This document shows positions 39,345-47,472 of a stretch of 64,000 nt of DNA, piece after piece. The stretch's first letter is position 1, and every line of letters begins with the position of its first letter. Below the pieces are notes generated by a model. It was not told where the DNA came from. It made no database searches and saw only the letters and a list, made by a program, of their open reading frames with translations. The translations under genes and the position numbers were made by a program. The stretch is from the sequence record KJ019146.1; one strand, written 5' to 3'.

Positions 39345-39995
39345 ATGAAACTAATTACAGAAGAAATTAACAAGGTTGAATTTATTGTCGAAGAAAACAA
39401 TGGCAAACAGTCATGTTTTATTGAGGGAAACTTCCTTCAGGGCAATATTAAAAACCGAAATGGTCGTGTCTATAGAACCGAGACACTAGCCCGTGAAGTT
39501 GCCCGTTACAATGAACAGTATGTTCAGAACGGACGCGCTCTCGGTGAACTTGGGCATCCTGATGGTCCCACAGTTAACTTGGACCGAGTATCACATAACA
39601 TTATTTCACTTCGTCAAGAGGGAAATAATTTCATAGGTAAGGCAAAACTTCTTGATACTCCTATGGGAAATATCGCTAAGAGCCTTATTGGTGAAGGTGT
39701 TAAGCTTGGTGTTTCTTCTCGTGGTGTTGGTTCCATTAGTGAAACGAAGCAAGGATATAAGCTTGTTGGTGAAGACTTTATGTTGGCAACCGCAGCTGAT
39801 ATTGTAGCTGATCCTAGTGCCCCAGACGCTTTTGTTCAGGGTATCATGGAAGGAAAAGAGTGGGTTTTTGTCAATGGACTCTTGAAAGAGAGTGACATTG
39901 AGAGCACACGATCTACAATTGACAAACTAGTTGTCACAAGGGAACTTGAGGAGAAGAAGATTCAACTTTTCCAAGATTTCCTTTCAAATCTATAA
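39345..39995 (+). CDS. gp21: Prohead protease gp21
   Basis: MKLITEE, IEGNFLQG..KNRNGRVY, ALGELGHP, LGVSSRG.GS, ADIVADPSAPDAFV motifs. Confidence 0.98.
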   Translation: MKLITEEINKVEFIVEENNGKQSCFIEGNFLQGNIKNRNGRVYRTETLAREVARYNEQYVQNGRALGELGHPDGPTVNLDRVSHNIISLRQEGNNFIGKAKLLDTPMGNIAKSLIGEGVKLGVSSRGVGSISETKQGYKLVGEDFMLATAADIVADPSAPDAFVQGIMEGKEWVFVNGLLKESDIESTRSTIDKLVVTRELEEKKIQLFQDFLSNL

Positions 39996-39999
39996 ACTC

Positions 40000-40007
40000 T
40001 ATAAATA
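40000..40007 (+). promoter_or_regulatory. T4-type late promoter TATAAATA
   Basis: Exact consensus upstream of gp22-gp23. Confidence 0.88.
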
Positions 40008-40064
40008 AACATAGATTTATATTATATAAATTACACTCGTCGGTAGCAATCTATTTTACAAGAC

Positions 40065-41168
40065 ATGGAAAACGTAGTAACGAAAGGTGCTAAGTCGGCT
40101 GAGGCTATGGATAAAGTCTCACCCAGCGTAGTACCCGGACAGTCAATCACCGATCTCGGTGGTCCTACTCCCGAAAACTATACTAATGAGCCTGACGGCT
40201 CTGCGAAGCTTAATGACGCCGGTGGTCCCCTCAAGAAAGTTGAGGATGTGGTCACCAAAGGCGCTAAGAAGTCAGAAGGTATGGAAAAGGCATCCCCAGA
40301 ACCACCATCTGGTGGAACAACTGATGCCCGATCCGCTTCTTCACAAGCTGAGAAAGTAACAACCAAACCCCCCGGTCAAACCACTAAGGAAGAGACTGAG
40401 GTAGAGGAAGAGGAAGTTCTTATTTCAGAAATTGATATTGAAGAAGACGTAACTGCACTTCTAAGTGGTGAGGAGCTCTCTGAAGAATTTCAGAGTAAGG
40501 CTCGTACCATCTTTGAAGCGGCCATCCGTAACAAGGTTGCTATCGCTAAAGAAGAACTCCAAGTAGCATACGAAACTCGCCTAGTTGAAGAACTAGAGCT
40601 AGTACGTGAGTCAGTCGCTAGTCGAGTTGACGCATACTTAGAGTACGTAGCCGATGAGTGGATGGCTGAAAATGCCATCGCCGTCGAACATGGACTAAGA
40701 ACTGAAATGACAGAGAGCTTTATCTCTGGCATGAAGCAACTATTTGACAGTCACTATGTTTCAATCCCTGAAGAGAGATTTGATGTAGTAGAGTCCATGG
40801 TTGAGAAACTTGATGAAATGGAAGAAAAACTCAATGAGCAAATTGAGCGTAACATCACCCTAAACAGCCGTTTAGGTCAAACTGTTGCTGAAGGTATCTT
40901 CATAGAAGTATCTGAAGGATTAGCTGAAACCCAAAAGGATAAGCTTATCGCCCTTGCTGAAAACGTTGAGTTTGATAGTGAAGCAGGTTATCGTGAGAAA
41001 CTAGAGAGTCTCAAGGAATCTTATTTCCCTGGTAGACCCTCAACTATCGCGAGCAGAAACAGTGTAGAGGACCTTACTGAAGAGGTTAACGTTGGTGGGG
41101 AAGCCCGTCAGGTTACCGGTTCAATGGCCGCCTACCTACAGACACTCGATAGAGTTTCTAAAAAGTGA
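40065..41168 (+). CDS. gp22: Prohead core scaffold gp22
   Basis: GEELSEEF..KA.TIFEAA, YLEYV.DEWM.EN, YREKLESLKESYF; coiled-coil; upstream of gp23. Confidence 0.93.
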   Translation: MENVVTKGAKSAEAMDKVSPSVVPGQSITDLGGPTPENYTNEPDGSAKLNDAGGPLKKVEDVVTKGAKKSEGMEKASPEPPSGGTTDARSASSQAEKVTTKPPGQTTKEETEVEEEEVLISEIDIEEDVTALLSGEELSEEFQSKARTIFEAAIRNKVAIAKEELQVAYETRLVEELELVRESVASRVDAYLEYVADEWMAENAIAVEHGLRTEMTESFISGMKQLFDSHYVSIPEERFDVVESMVEKLDEMEEKLNEQIERNITLNSRLGQTVAEGIFIEVSEGLAETQKDKLIALAENVEFDSEAGYREKLESLKESYFPGRPSTIASRNSVEDLTEEVNVGGEARQVTGSMAAYLQTLDRVSKK

Positions 41169-41221
41169 ATTCTAAATTATTAGATCAAACAAAACATTTT
41201 TAACAATAGGTTTTAAAACAA

Positions 41222-42625
41222 ATGTACAATTCCGCAAACTCCGAATTTCTCCAGGAGAAGTGGGCACCAATCCTCGAGCACGGTGAGTCCATCCAGGACG
41301 CACACAAGCGTGCCGTAACTGCCCAACTTCTAGAGAACCAGGAAGTAGCCCTTTCCGAAGAGCGTGCTTTCCTTTCAGAAGCTCCAACAGTAAACACCGA
41401 CCCTAACGCAACTGGCAACGCTGGTTTCTCTGGTAATGGTGATCAATCAGTAGCTGGTTTCGATCCAGTACTCATCAGCCTCATCCGTCGTTCAATGCCT
41501 AACTTGATGGCATACGACCTTTGTGGTGTTCAACCAATGAACGGTCCTACCGGTCTTATCTTCGCGATGAGAAGCCGTTATGACTCACAGACAGGCGACG
41601 AGACCTTCTACAACGAAGTCAACTCTGCCTTCTCTGCACAGAACCAGTCCGGTACAGCTACTCAGGGTAACTACTCTGGTCAGGTTGGCGCTGGTAACAC
41701 AGTTGGTTTCGGTACAACCGCACAACGTGGTTCTAACCCCTCTATCCTCAACCCCGAGCCCGGTGACCAAGTTGGTTACAACGTAGGTCAGGGTATGTTG
41801 ACCCAGGACGCTGAGAACCTTGGCGAAACTGGTACAGAGTTCAATGAGATGGGCTTCTCAATCGAGAAGGTCACCGTAACTGCTAAGTCACGGGCACTCA
41901 AGGCTCAGTACAGCATGGAATTGGCTCAGGATCTCAAAGCGATCCACGGTCTAAACGCCGAAGCTGAACTATCTAACATCCTCGCCTCTGAAATTCTTTC
42001 AGAGATCAACAGAGAAGTTGTTAGAACTATCTACAAGTCAGCTGTATTCGGTGCTCAGAACAACGTAGCCACTCCTGGTGTATTTGACCTAGACGTTGAT
42101 TCCAACGGTAGATGGTCAGTTGAGAAGTTCAAAGGACTTATCTTCCAGATCGAAAGAGACGCTAACGCGATCGCGCAACAAACTCGTAGAGGAAAGGGTA
42201 ACTTCATCCTTTGTTCCGCGGATGTTGCTTCAGCTCTAACCATGGCTGGTGTACTTGACTACACCCCAGCACTCAACGCTAACCTTAACGTTGATGACAC
42301 CGGTAACACCTTCGCTGGTGTTCTACAAGGTAAGTATAGAGTCTACATTGACCCATACGCAGCTAACGTCAGCAACAACCAGTACTATGTCGCTGGTTAC
42401 AAAGGTTCCTCACCTTATGACGCTGGTTTGTTCTACTGTCCTTATGTTCCTCTTCAGATGGTTCGTTCAGTTGGACAGGACACCTTCCAGCCACGGATCG
42501 GATTTAAGACCCGCTACGGCATGGTCGCTAATCCTTTCGCTGAAGGTCTTGAGGCTGGATACGGACGTATCACCCCTAACTCCAACGTCTACTACAGACG
42601 CGTTCAAGTCAAAAACCTTATGTGA
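41222..42625 (+). CDS. gp23: Major capsid protein gp23
   Basis: LQEKWAPILEH, FDPVLISLIRRSMPNL, GVQPMNGPTGLIFAMRSRY, YDAGLFYCPYVPLQM, FQPRIGFKTRYG motifs. Confidence 0.99.
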   Translation: MYNSANSEFLQEKWAPILEHGESIQDAHKRAVTAQLLENQEVALSEERAFLSEAPTVNTDPNATGNAGFSGNGDQSVAGFDPVLISLIRRSMPNLMAYDLCGVQPMNGPTGLIFAMRSRYDSQTGDETFYNEVNSAFSAQNQSGTATQGNYSGQVGAGNTVGFGTTAQRGSNPSILNPEPGDQVGYNVGQGMLTQDAENLGETGTEFNEMGFSIEKVTVTAKSRALKAQYSMELAQDLKAIHGLNAEAELSNILASEILSEINREVVRTIYKSAVFGAQNNVATPGVFDLDVDSNGRWSVEKFKGLIFQIERDANAIAQQTRRGKGNFILCSADVASALTMAGVLDYTPALNANLNVDDTGNTFAGVLQGKYRVYIDPYAANVSNNQYYVAGYKGSSPYDAGLFYCPYVPLQMVRSVGQDTFQPRIGFKTRYGMVANPFAEGLEAGYGRITPNSNVYYRRVQVKNLM

Positions 42626-42664
42626 TCCAATAGCTCCGACGAGTTATCACATATGTGTTTCACG

Positions 42665-42688
42665 AGGACCCTTCGGGGTCCTTTTTTT
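42665..42688 (+). terminator. Intrinsic terminator after gp23 with UUCG tetraloop
   Basis: AGGACCC-TTCG-GGGTCCT followed by a T run; the classic T4-like cUUCGg terminator. Confidence 0.92.
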
Positions 42689-42757
42689 ATGCACTCATAA
42701 ATGGGAGCAAAGTGGTGATATCCCTACATCGTGTTGCCGGACGCAAATACTTAATGT

Positions 42758-42765
42758 TATAAATA
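42758..42765 (+). promoter_or_regulatory. T4-type late promoter TATAAATA
   Basis: Exact consensus upstream of the beta-barrel-like gene; followed by an ACTAGG/CCTAGT hairpin (42765-42784). Confidence 0.85.
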
Positions 42766-42825
42766 CTAGGAATACATACCTAGTGTATGTGTTATACTTA
42801 ACAGTCCGTATTCGGAGAAGAATTA

Positions 42826-43233
42826 ATGAGTCTTAAAATGATTGCGCTAGCTAGTCTAGCTGCCCCCGCTGCACTACTAGCAGCACCTTCAGCACAAGCT
42901 GAAGTAATCTTTGCTGGCGAACCACAAGAACTAAGTGGTTTCTATGTAACCACCGAAGCCAACTCTGGTTGGACCGGTGATGACTACAGAGGATCCATCA
43001 TTGATGTTCGCGCTGGTTACGAAGCCGCACTTACAGACACAATCGACGCATATGTCGAAGTAGGTCCTGCCTTCCTAATGCCTGATGGTAGTGACAACAC
43101 AACCGAAGTCGGAGCTGAGGTAGGTGCATCTATTGCCGCCACCGATCACCTAGAATTCTACGGAGAATTCGAAGTCATCTCTGGTGATCTTAATGATTAT
43201 GGCACCAAGTTTGGCGCTACATATCGCTTTTAG
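42826..43233 (+). CDS. Outer-membrane beta-barrel-like protein with signal peptide
   Basis: MSLKMIALASLAAPAALLAAPSAQA signal peptide; alternating amphipathic strands (YVEVGP, EVGAEVGASI, LEFYGEFEV); terminal GATYRF. Confidence 0.75.
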   Translation: MSLKMIALASLAAPAALLAAPSAQAEVIFAGEPQELSGFYVTTEANSGWTGDDYRGSIIDVRAGYEAALTDTIDAYVEVGPAFLMPDGSDNTTEVGAEVGASIAATDHLEFYGEFEVISGDLNDYGTKFGATYRF

Positions 43234-43242
43234 TGTTATAAT
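43234..43242 (+). promoter_or_regulatory. Extended -10 sigma70-like promoter TGTTATAAT
   Basis: TGnTATAAT immediately after the stop of the beta-barrel gene. Confidence 0.6.
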
Positions 43243-43298
43243 GTAAGTAGCTTGGGAAGCTGAGTTACTCACCCCTACCCAAGCGGTGGGGGTTTTTT
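43243..43298 (+). ncRNA. Candidate small structured RNA or attenuator (about 50 nt)
   Basis: Bounded by an extended -10 and a terminator; two hairpins with complementary GCTTGGG/CCCAAGC segments. Confidence 0.35.
43271..43298 (+). terminator. Intrinsic terminator
   Basis: ACCCCTACC-caagc-GGTGGGGGT stem followed by a T run. Confidence 0.85.
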
Positions 43299-43317
43299 AT
43301 TGCCTAGATAAACAACT

Positions 43318-43578
43318 ATGAACGGATCATTAGACCCAGACGAAAGAGTGTTGAGTGCTAACTCCAAACTATCAGAAGTACCAGTATCCCTACAAAGGGC
43401 TATTGATATTCTTGGTTGGGATGATGTAGACGACATTCGTGTAGAGATTGGTGGATGTGCTACTAGTGGTATTCACCAGAAAGAAGACGCAAACCCAAAG
43501 TGGTCTCGTGAATTTGGTGATACTGTCTATAACAAGGACGCGTTTATTGTTATCAAAAATAGAAGCAGAAGTCAATGA
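43318..43578 (+). CDS. Conserved hypothetical protein
   Basis: 86 aa; stop overlaps the gp3 start (ATGA); GSLDPDE..L and IHQ...ANPKW motifs look protein-like. Confidence 0.7.
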   Translation: MNGSLDPDERVLSANSKLSEVPVSLQRAIDILGWDDVDDIRVEIGGCATSGIHQKEDANPKWSREFGDTVYNKDAFIVIKNRSRSQ

Positions 43579-44156
43579 CCAACATCTACTACAAACAACT
43601 AGATAATAGAAACTTTATGAGTCCTATTGGATTCCAGTTTTCTATTGCTAGATATCCTAAAGTTTCTTTCTTTAGTAATAAAGCAGGACTACCTGAGATT
43701 CGTTTGGGTGGGGCAGAACAAGCCAACTATCTAAAACAGATTATGCACCCTGGAGACAGGGTAGAGTATGGTGAACTCAATATTGAGTTCCTAGTGGACG
43801 AAGATATGTTGAACTATACTCTCATTCATAACTGGATTACTGGATTGGGATTCCCAGAGACTCCCCAACAATTCAAAGATATCACCACCAATCAAAAAGG
43901 TGAAGATGATATGAAGATCCAGTATAGTGATGGAACACTTGCTATTTTGAATAGTAACTATAATACTATTGCGAAAGTTAAGTTCTGGGATCTATATCCC
44001 ACTTCACTATCAACTCTTGAGTTCTCTGCTACAGATGCTGATATCAATTACTTCATTGCAAGTACAACATTCAGTTTCTTGTACTATCAGATCTTGGGTA
44101 AGGATAATGAACCCCTAACTCCTGAATTTGTAAACCAATCATTGAATACTCGATGA
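43575..44156 (+). CDS. gp3: Tail tube terminator / completion protein gp3
   Basis: NRNFMSPIGFQF.I..YPKVSFF...AGLP.I.LG, PGDRVEYGELNIEFLVDEDM.NY motifs. Confidence 0.88.
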   Translation: MTNIYYKQLDNRNFMSPIGFQFSIARYPKVSFFSNKAGLPEIRLGGAEQANYLKQIMHPGDRVEYGELNIEFLVDEDMLNYTLIHNWITGLGFPETPQQFKDITTNQKGEDDMKIQYSDGTLAILNSNYNTIAKVKFWDLYPTSLSTLEFSATDADINYFIASTTFSFLYYQILGKDNEPLTPEFVNQSLNTR

Positions 44157-44587
44157 ACCTTGATGAACTTCAATCCATGTGGGAGCGTGACTCCAAGATG
44201 GATATGGATAACTTACACGATGAATCACTAAAGATACCCCAACTTCACCAGAAATACTTTACCCTGTATACTACTACCAAACTTCTAAAGAAGAAGGCAG
44301 AGGATACTATCAGTAAGGTGAGGTTGGAACGCCACAACTACTATAGTGGCAAAGCTTCCGCAGAGGTATATGTGGAGGAACCCTTTCCATATAAGGTAAG
44401 GGACAAAGAATCTATGAACCTACACCTGAACGCAGATGAAAAACTGACGAAGGTGAAGTTGAAAATACAGTATTACGAAATGATGTTGGAGTATCTTGAG
44501 GATGTCCTCAGGATGATTCATGCACGTGGATACCAAATTAAAAACAGTATAGATTTCCTCCGGTTCCAAGCAGGGATCGGCATGTAA
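44153..44587 (+). CDS. uvsY: Recombination mediator UvsY
   Basis: L.ELQSMWERDSK.D..NL..ESLKIPQLH.KY, YYSGKA..EVY.EEPFP.KV motifs. Confidence 0.93.
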   Translation: MNLDELQSMWERDSKMDMDNLHDESLKIPQLHQKYFTLYTTTKLLKKKAEDTISKVRLERHNYYSGKASAEVYVEEPFPYKVRDKESMNLHLNADEKLTKVKLKIQYYEMMLEYLEDVLRMIHARGYQIKNSIDFLRFQAGIGM

Positions 44588-44592
44588 CAACT

Positions 44593-44781
44593 ATGAAACA
44601 ATACGACTACTCAGTAGATCTCACAATAGCTGATGTAAAACTCATCCATCATTGTGTAACCAAGAGGATTGAAATGTGGGAGGGTTCTCCTGCACGTCCC
44701 CCAGAAGAACAAGAACACTTGTGGGCACTAAGGGATGGGTTTTTCACTATCATCCTAGAAGAAACATTTAATAGAAAGTAA
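44593..44781 (+). CDS. Small conserved hypothetical protein
   Basis: 62 aa; W.GSPARPPEEQEHLW.LRD motif; between uvsY and uvsW. Confidence 0.65.
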   Translation: MKQYDYSVDLTIADVKLIHHCVTKRIEMWEGSPARPPEEQEHLWALRDGFFTIILEETFNRK

Positions 44782-44828
44782 TACTATTTGATGGCATATA
44801 CATACTAATAGGTTATGCCTATTACATT

Positions 44829-46292
44829 ATGTCATCTGACTTGACTATAACCAAAGTTAATGAAGTATATTTAAAAGTAGATTGTGACCCTCATATTCAG
44901 TATGAGTTGAGGGATGCTTTCTGCTTTGAGGTGCCTGGTGCTAAATTTCATCCGTCATACAGAAAGAAGTTCTGGGATGGAAATATTCACCTGTTCTCAC
45001 CACAAACAAGACAACTATACGTAGGTCTATTGGATAGGCTGATTGCCTTCTGTGATCAGTATGGGTATACGTATGCCTTTAAAGATAATAAGTTCTATGG
45101 TCTCCCATATGAGATTAACGAGAACATCTCCCCAGAAGGGGTTGCAGACTGGGTGAAATCCATTACCAGTTATAAACCCCGTGACTATCAGTTGCACGGT
45201 ATCTACGCCGCTCTACGGTCCAATAGGAAGTTGATTGTATCTCCTACTGCATCTGGTAAGTCATTGATGATCTATGCCTTGGTGGCATACTACACACAGA
45301 AACACGAAAATATATTGATTGTTGTTCCTACTACATCCCTAGTGGAACAGATGTATAAGGATTTTGCAGACTACGGGTTTGATGTGGGAACGAACTGCCA
45401 TAAGATATACGCTGGTAGAGAAAACACAACAGATAAACAAGTAACTATTACAACCTGGCAGTCTATCTACAAGTTACCTAAGACATACTTTCAGAAGTAT
45501 AGTGTAGTGATTGGGGACGAGGCACACAACTTCAAGTCCAAGTCTCTAGTATCCATTATGAGTAAGTTGTGTGATGCAAAGTATAGATATGGGTTCACAG
45601 GTACTTTAGACGGGTCACAGACCCATAAGTGGGTGTTAGAGGGGTTGTTTGGTCCTTCATACAATACCATCAGAACAAAAGAGTTGATGGAGGCAGGTCA
45701 TGTTGCTAAACTAGACATCAAAGTTCTTCTACTAAAACATGATGAACAAATCTTTCCAAGATTTGAGGATGAAATCCAATATCTAATTGGACATGAGAAG
45801 AGAAACAAGTTTATCAGTAACTTATCTTTAGATCTAAAAGGTAACACTCTAGTTCTCTTTGCTAGGGTGGAGAAACACGGAGAGGTCCTCTACAATCTAA
45901 TAAATAGTAAGGCAGAAGAGGGTAGAAACGTCTTCTTCGTTCATGGTGGTGTTGATGTAGAGTCTAGAGAACAGGTACGAACTATTACTGAGAGGGAGAA
46001 CAATGCTATTATCATTGCCTCTTATGGAGTTTATAGTACGGGTATTAACATTAAAAACCTACACAACGTTATCTTTGCTTCCCCATCTAAGTCCAGGATC
46101 AGGAACCTGCAATCGATTGGTAGGGTACTGAGAAAGGGAACAAATAAAGATAAGGCAATGTTATATGACATTGCTGATGACTGCACAAAAGGATCAAGAA
46201 GAAACTACACACTTAATCATCTTATAGAGAGGATCAAGATTTACAACAATGAAAAGTTCAATTATGACATAGTAAATATCAATCTAAGGTAA
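44829..46292 (+). CDS. uvsW: UvsW DNA/RNA helicase
   Basis: PRDYQ, SPTASGKS Walker A, DEAH box, SPSKSRIRNLQSIGRVLRK motif VI. Confidence 0.97.
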   Translation: MSSDLTITKVNEVYLKVDCDPHIQYELRDAFCFEVPGAKFHPSYRKKFWDGNIHLFSPQTRQLYVGLLDRLIAFCDQYGYTYAFKDNKFYGLPYEINENISPEGVADWVKSITSYKPRDYQLHGIYAALRSNRKLIVSPTASGKSLMIYALVAYYTQKHENILIVVPTTSLVEQMYKDFADYGFDVGTNCHKIYAGRENTTDKQVTITTWQSIYKLPKTYFQKYSVVIGDEAHNFKSKSLVSIMSKLCDAKYRYGFTGTLDGSQTHKWVLEGLFGPSYNTIRTKELMEAGHVAKLDIKVLLLKHDEQIFPRFEDEIQYLIGHEKRNKFISNLSLDLKGNTLVLFARVEKHGEVLYNLINSKAEEGRNVFFVHGGVDVESREQVRTITERENNAIIIASYGVYSTGINIKNLHNVIFASPSKSRIRNLQSIGRVLRKGTNKDKAMLYDIADDCTKGSRRNYTLNHLIERIKIYNNEKFNYDIVNINLR

Positions 46293-46296
46293 TCTT

Positions 46297-46701
46297 ATGA
46301 ATGAGGTAAGACTAGCAGCAATCAAATTAGATAGTGGTGAAGAAATTATATGCTATGTCGTAGACGTAGTAGATAGGGGTTTGAATAAGAACCTTATAAT
46401 TAAAGATCCACTTAAAGTTGAATATGTAGAAAGTACTAGAAAGAAAGCATATAAATTTACTCCATGGTTTCTACTAACTACAAGTAGGGAACATGAAATA
46501 GACATGAATAAGATCTTTGCTATCACAGGTGTCTATGATGAAGAAGTTAAAAAAGAATACACTAAATCATTTCACTTACAAATTGGACCACATAGTTTCA
46601 ACCATACCAGTGAAACTGGTTATGTTGGATCAGTGAATAGGTTTAGAAAGCTTTTAGAGAAGATCTATAAGGAGGTGCCAAGTTCTCCTGATGAATGCTA
46701 A
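46297..46701 (+). CDS. Sm-like fold protein (paralog 1)
   Basis: AIKLDSGEEIIC...LIIKDP...FTPW pattern shared with ORFs 57543, 59555 and 59934. Confidence 0.6.
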   Translation: MNEVRLAAIKLDSGEEIICYVVDVVDRGLNKNLIIKDPLKVEYVESTRKKAYKFTPWFLLTTSREHEIDMNKIFAITGVYDEEVKKEYTKSFHLQIGPHSFNHTSETGYVGSVNRFRKLLEKIYKEVPSSPDEC

Positions 46702-46728
46702 GCGACCCCTTTTCAACTCCACAAGAGT

Positions 46729-46757
46729 ATTATAACGACCACCTGTTCAAATGGCAA
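46729..46757 (-). promoter_or_regulatory. Minus-strand sigma70-like promoter TTGCCA-N17-TATAAT
   Basis: Forward ATTATA (46729-34) and TGGCAA (46752-57) with exactly 17 nt between; points toward ORF 46297 and uvsW. Confidence 0.6.
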
Positions 46758-46780
46758 GTATGAACCCCAAGGTATTCGTG

Positions 46781-46789
46781 TGTTATAAT
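46781..46789 (+). promoter_or_regulatory. Extended -10 promoter TGTTATAAT for gp55
   Basis: TGnTATAAT about 30 nt upstream of the gp55 start. Confidence 0.7.
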
Positions 46790-46819
46790 ATAAACATACT
46801 CAGATCCTAAGGAAATGAC

Positions 46820-47296
46820 ATGGCAAAGGCTAAATCAGAACACTACGTAAACAATAAAGAGTTGCTAGCAGCACTCATCGATTATCGTGATAGGTTGGAT
46901 ATCGCAAGAAGAAGAGATTTACCTAAACCACGTATCAGTAACTACGTAGGGGAGTGTTTCCTTAAGATTGCCACCCACCTTTCATACAAACCCAACTTCG
47001 TTAATTACATGTTCCGTGAGGACATGATCTCGGATGGTATTGAGAACTGCGTACAATACATTCACAACTTTGACCCTAATAAGTCCAGAAACCCCTTTGC
47101 CTACTTCACTCAGATCATCCACTATGCTTTTCTGCGTAGGATCCAAAGAGAGAAGAGACAACTAGACATCAAGAACAAGATTGTCGAGAAGACTGGTTTT
47201 GAGTCTCTGATGACAAGTGACACTAACTTGACAAACGAGTATAGGAACGATTATAATGCCATCAGGGAAAACATTATTAACAAACTGAACTCATGA
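46820..47296 (+). CDS. gp55: Late sigma factor gp55
   Basis: EHYVNNKE.L, FLKIATHLSYKPNFVNYMFREDMISDGIENC, NPFAYFTQII.YAFLRRI motifs. Confidence 0.97.
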   Translation: MAKAKSEHYVNNKELLAALIDYRDRLDIARRRDLPKPRISNYVGECFLKIATHLSYKPNFVNYMFREDMISDGIENCVQYIHNFDPNKSRNPFAYFTQIIHYAFLRRIQREKRQLDIKNKIVEKTGFESLMTSDTNLTNEYRNDYNAIRENIINKLNS

Positions 47297-47457
47297 ATCA
47301 GTACCCCACATCTTCTGATAATAGAAGGAATGATGCACATCAAGAAGGCAGAACAACTTATATTAGTGAATCTGAATGCAAGGAATGTGGGTGTGTAGTC
47401 AAACTCGTATGGTCCAATAGGTGTCATTTCTGCACCATCAATAAATCAAACTCATAA
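47293..47457 (+). CDS. 54-aa zinc-ribbon-like protein (not in ORF track)
   Basis: Hand translation MNQYPTSSDNRRNDAHQEGRTTYISESECKECGCVVKLVWSNRCHFCTINKSNS*; CxxC...CxxC; ATG overlaps the gp55 stop. Confidence 0.6.
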   Translation: MNQYPTSSDNRRNDAHQEGRTTYISESECKECGCVVKLVWSNRCHFCTINKSNS

Positions 47458-47472
47458 AGGGAACAAACTAGA

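Noticed and set aside
42249-42836. 195-aa alternative-frame ORF overlapping gp23
   Set aside because: It is a shadow of gp23 codon bias, crosses the gp23 terminator and has no recognisable motifs.
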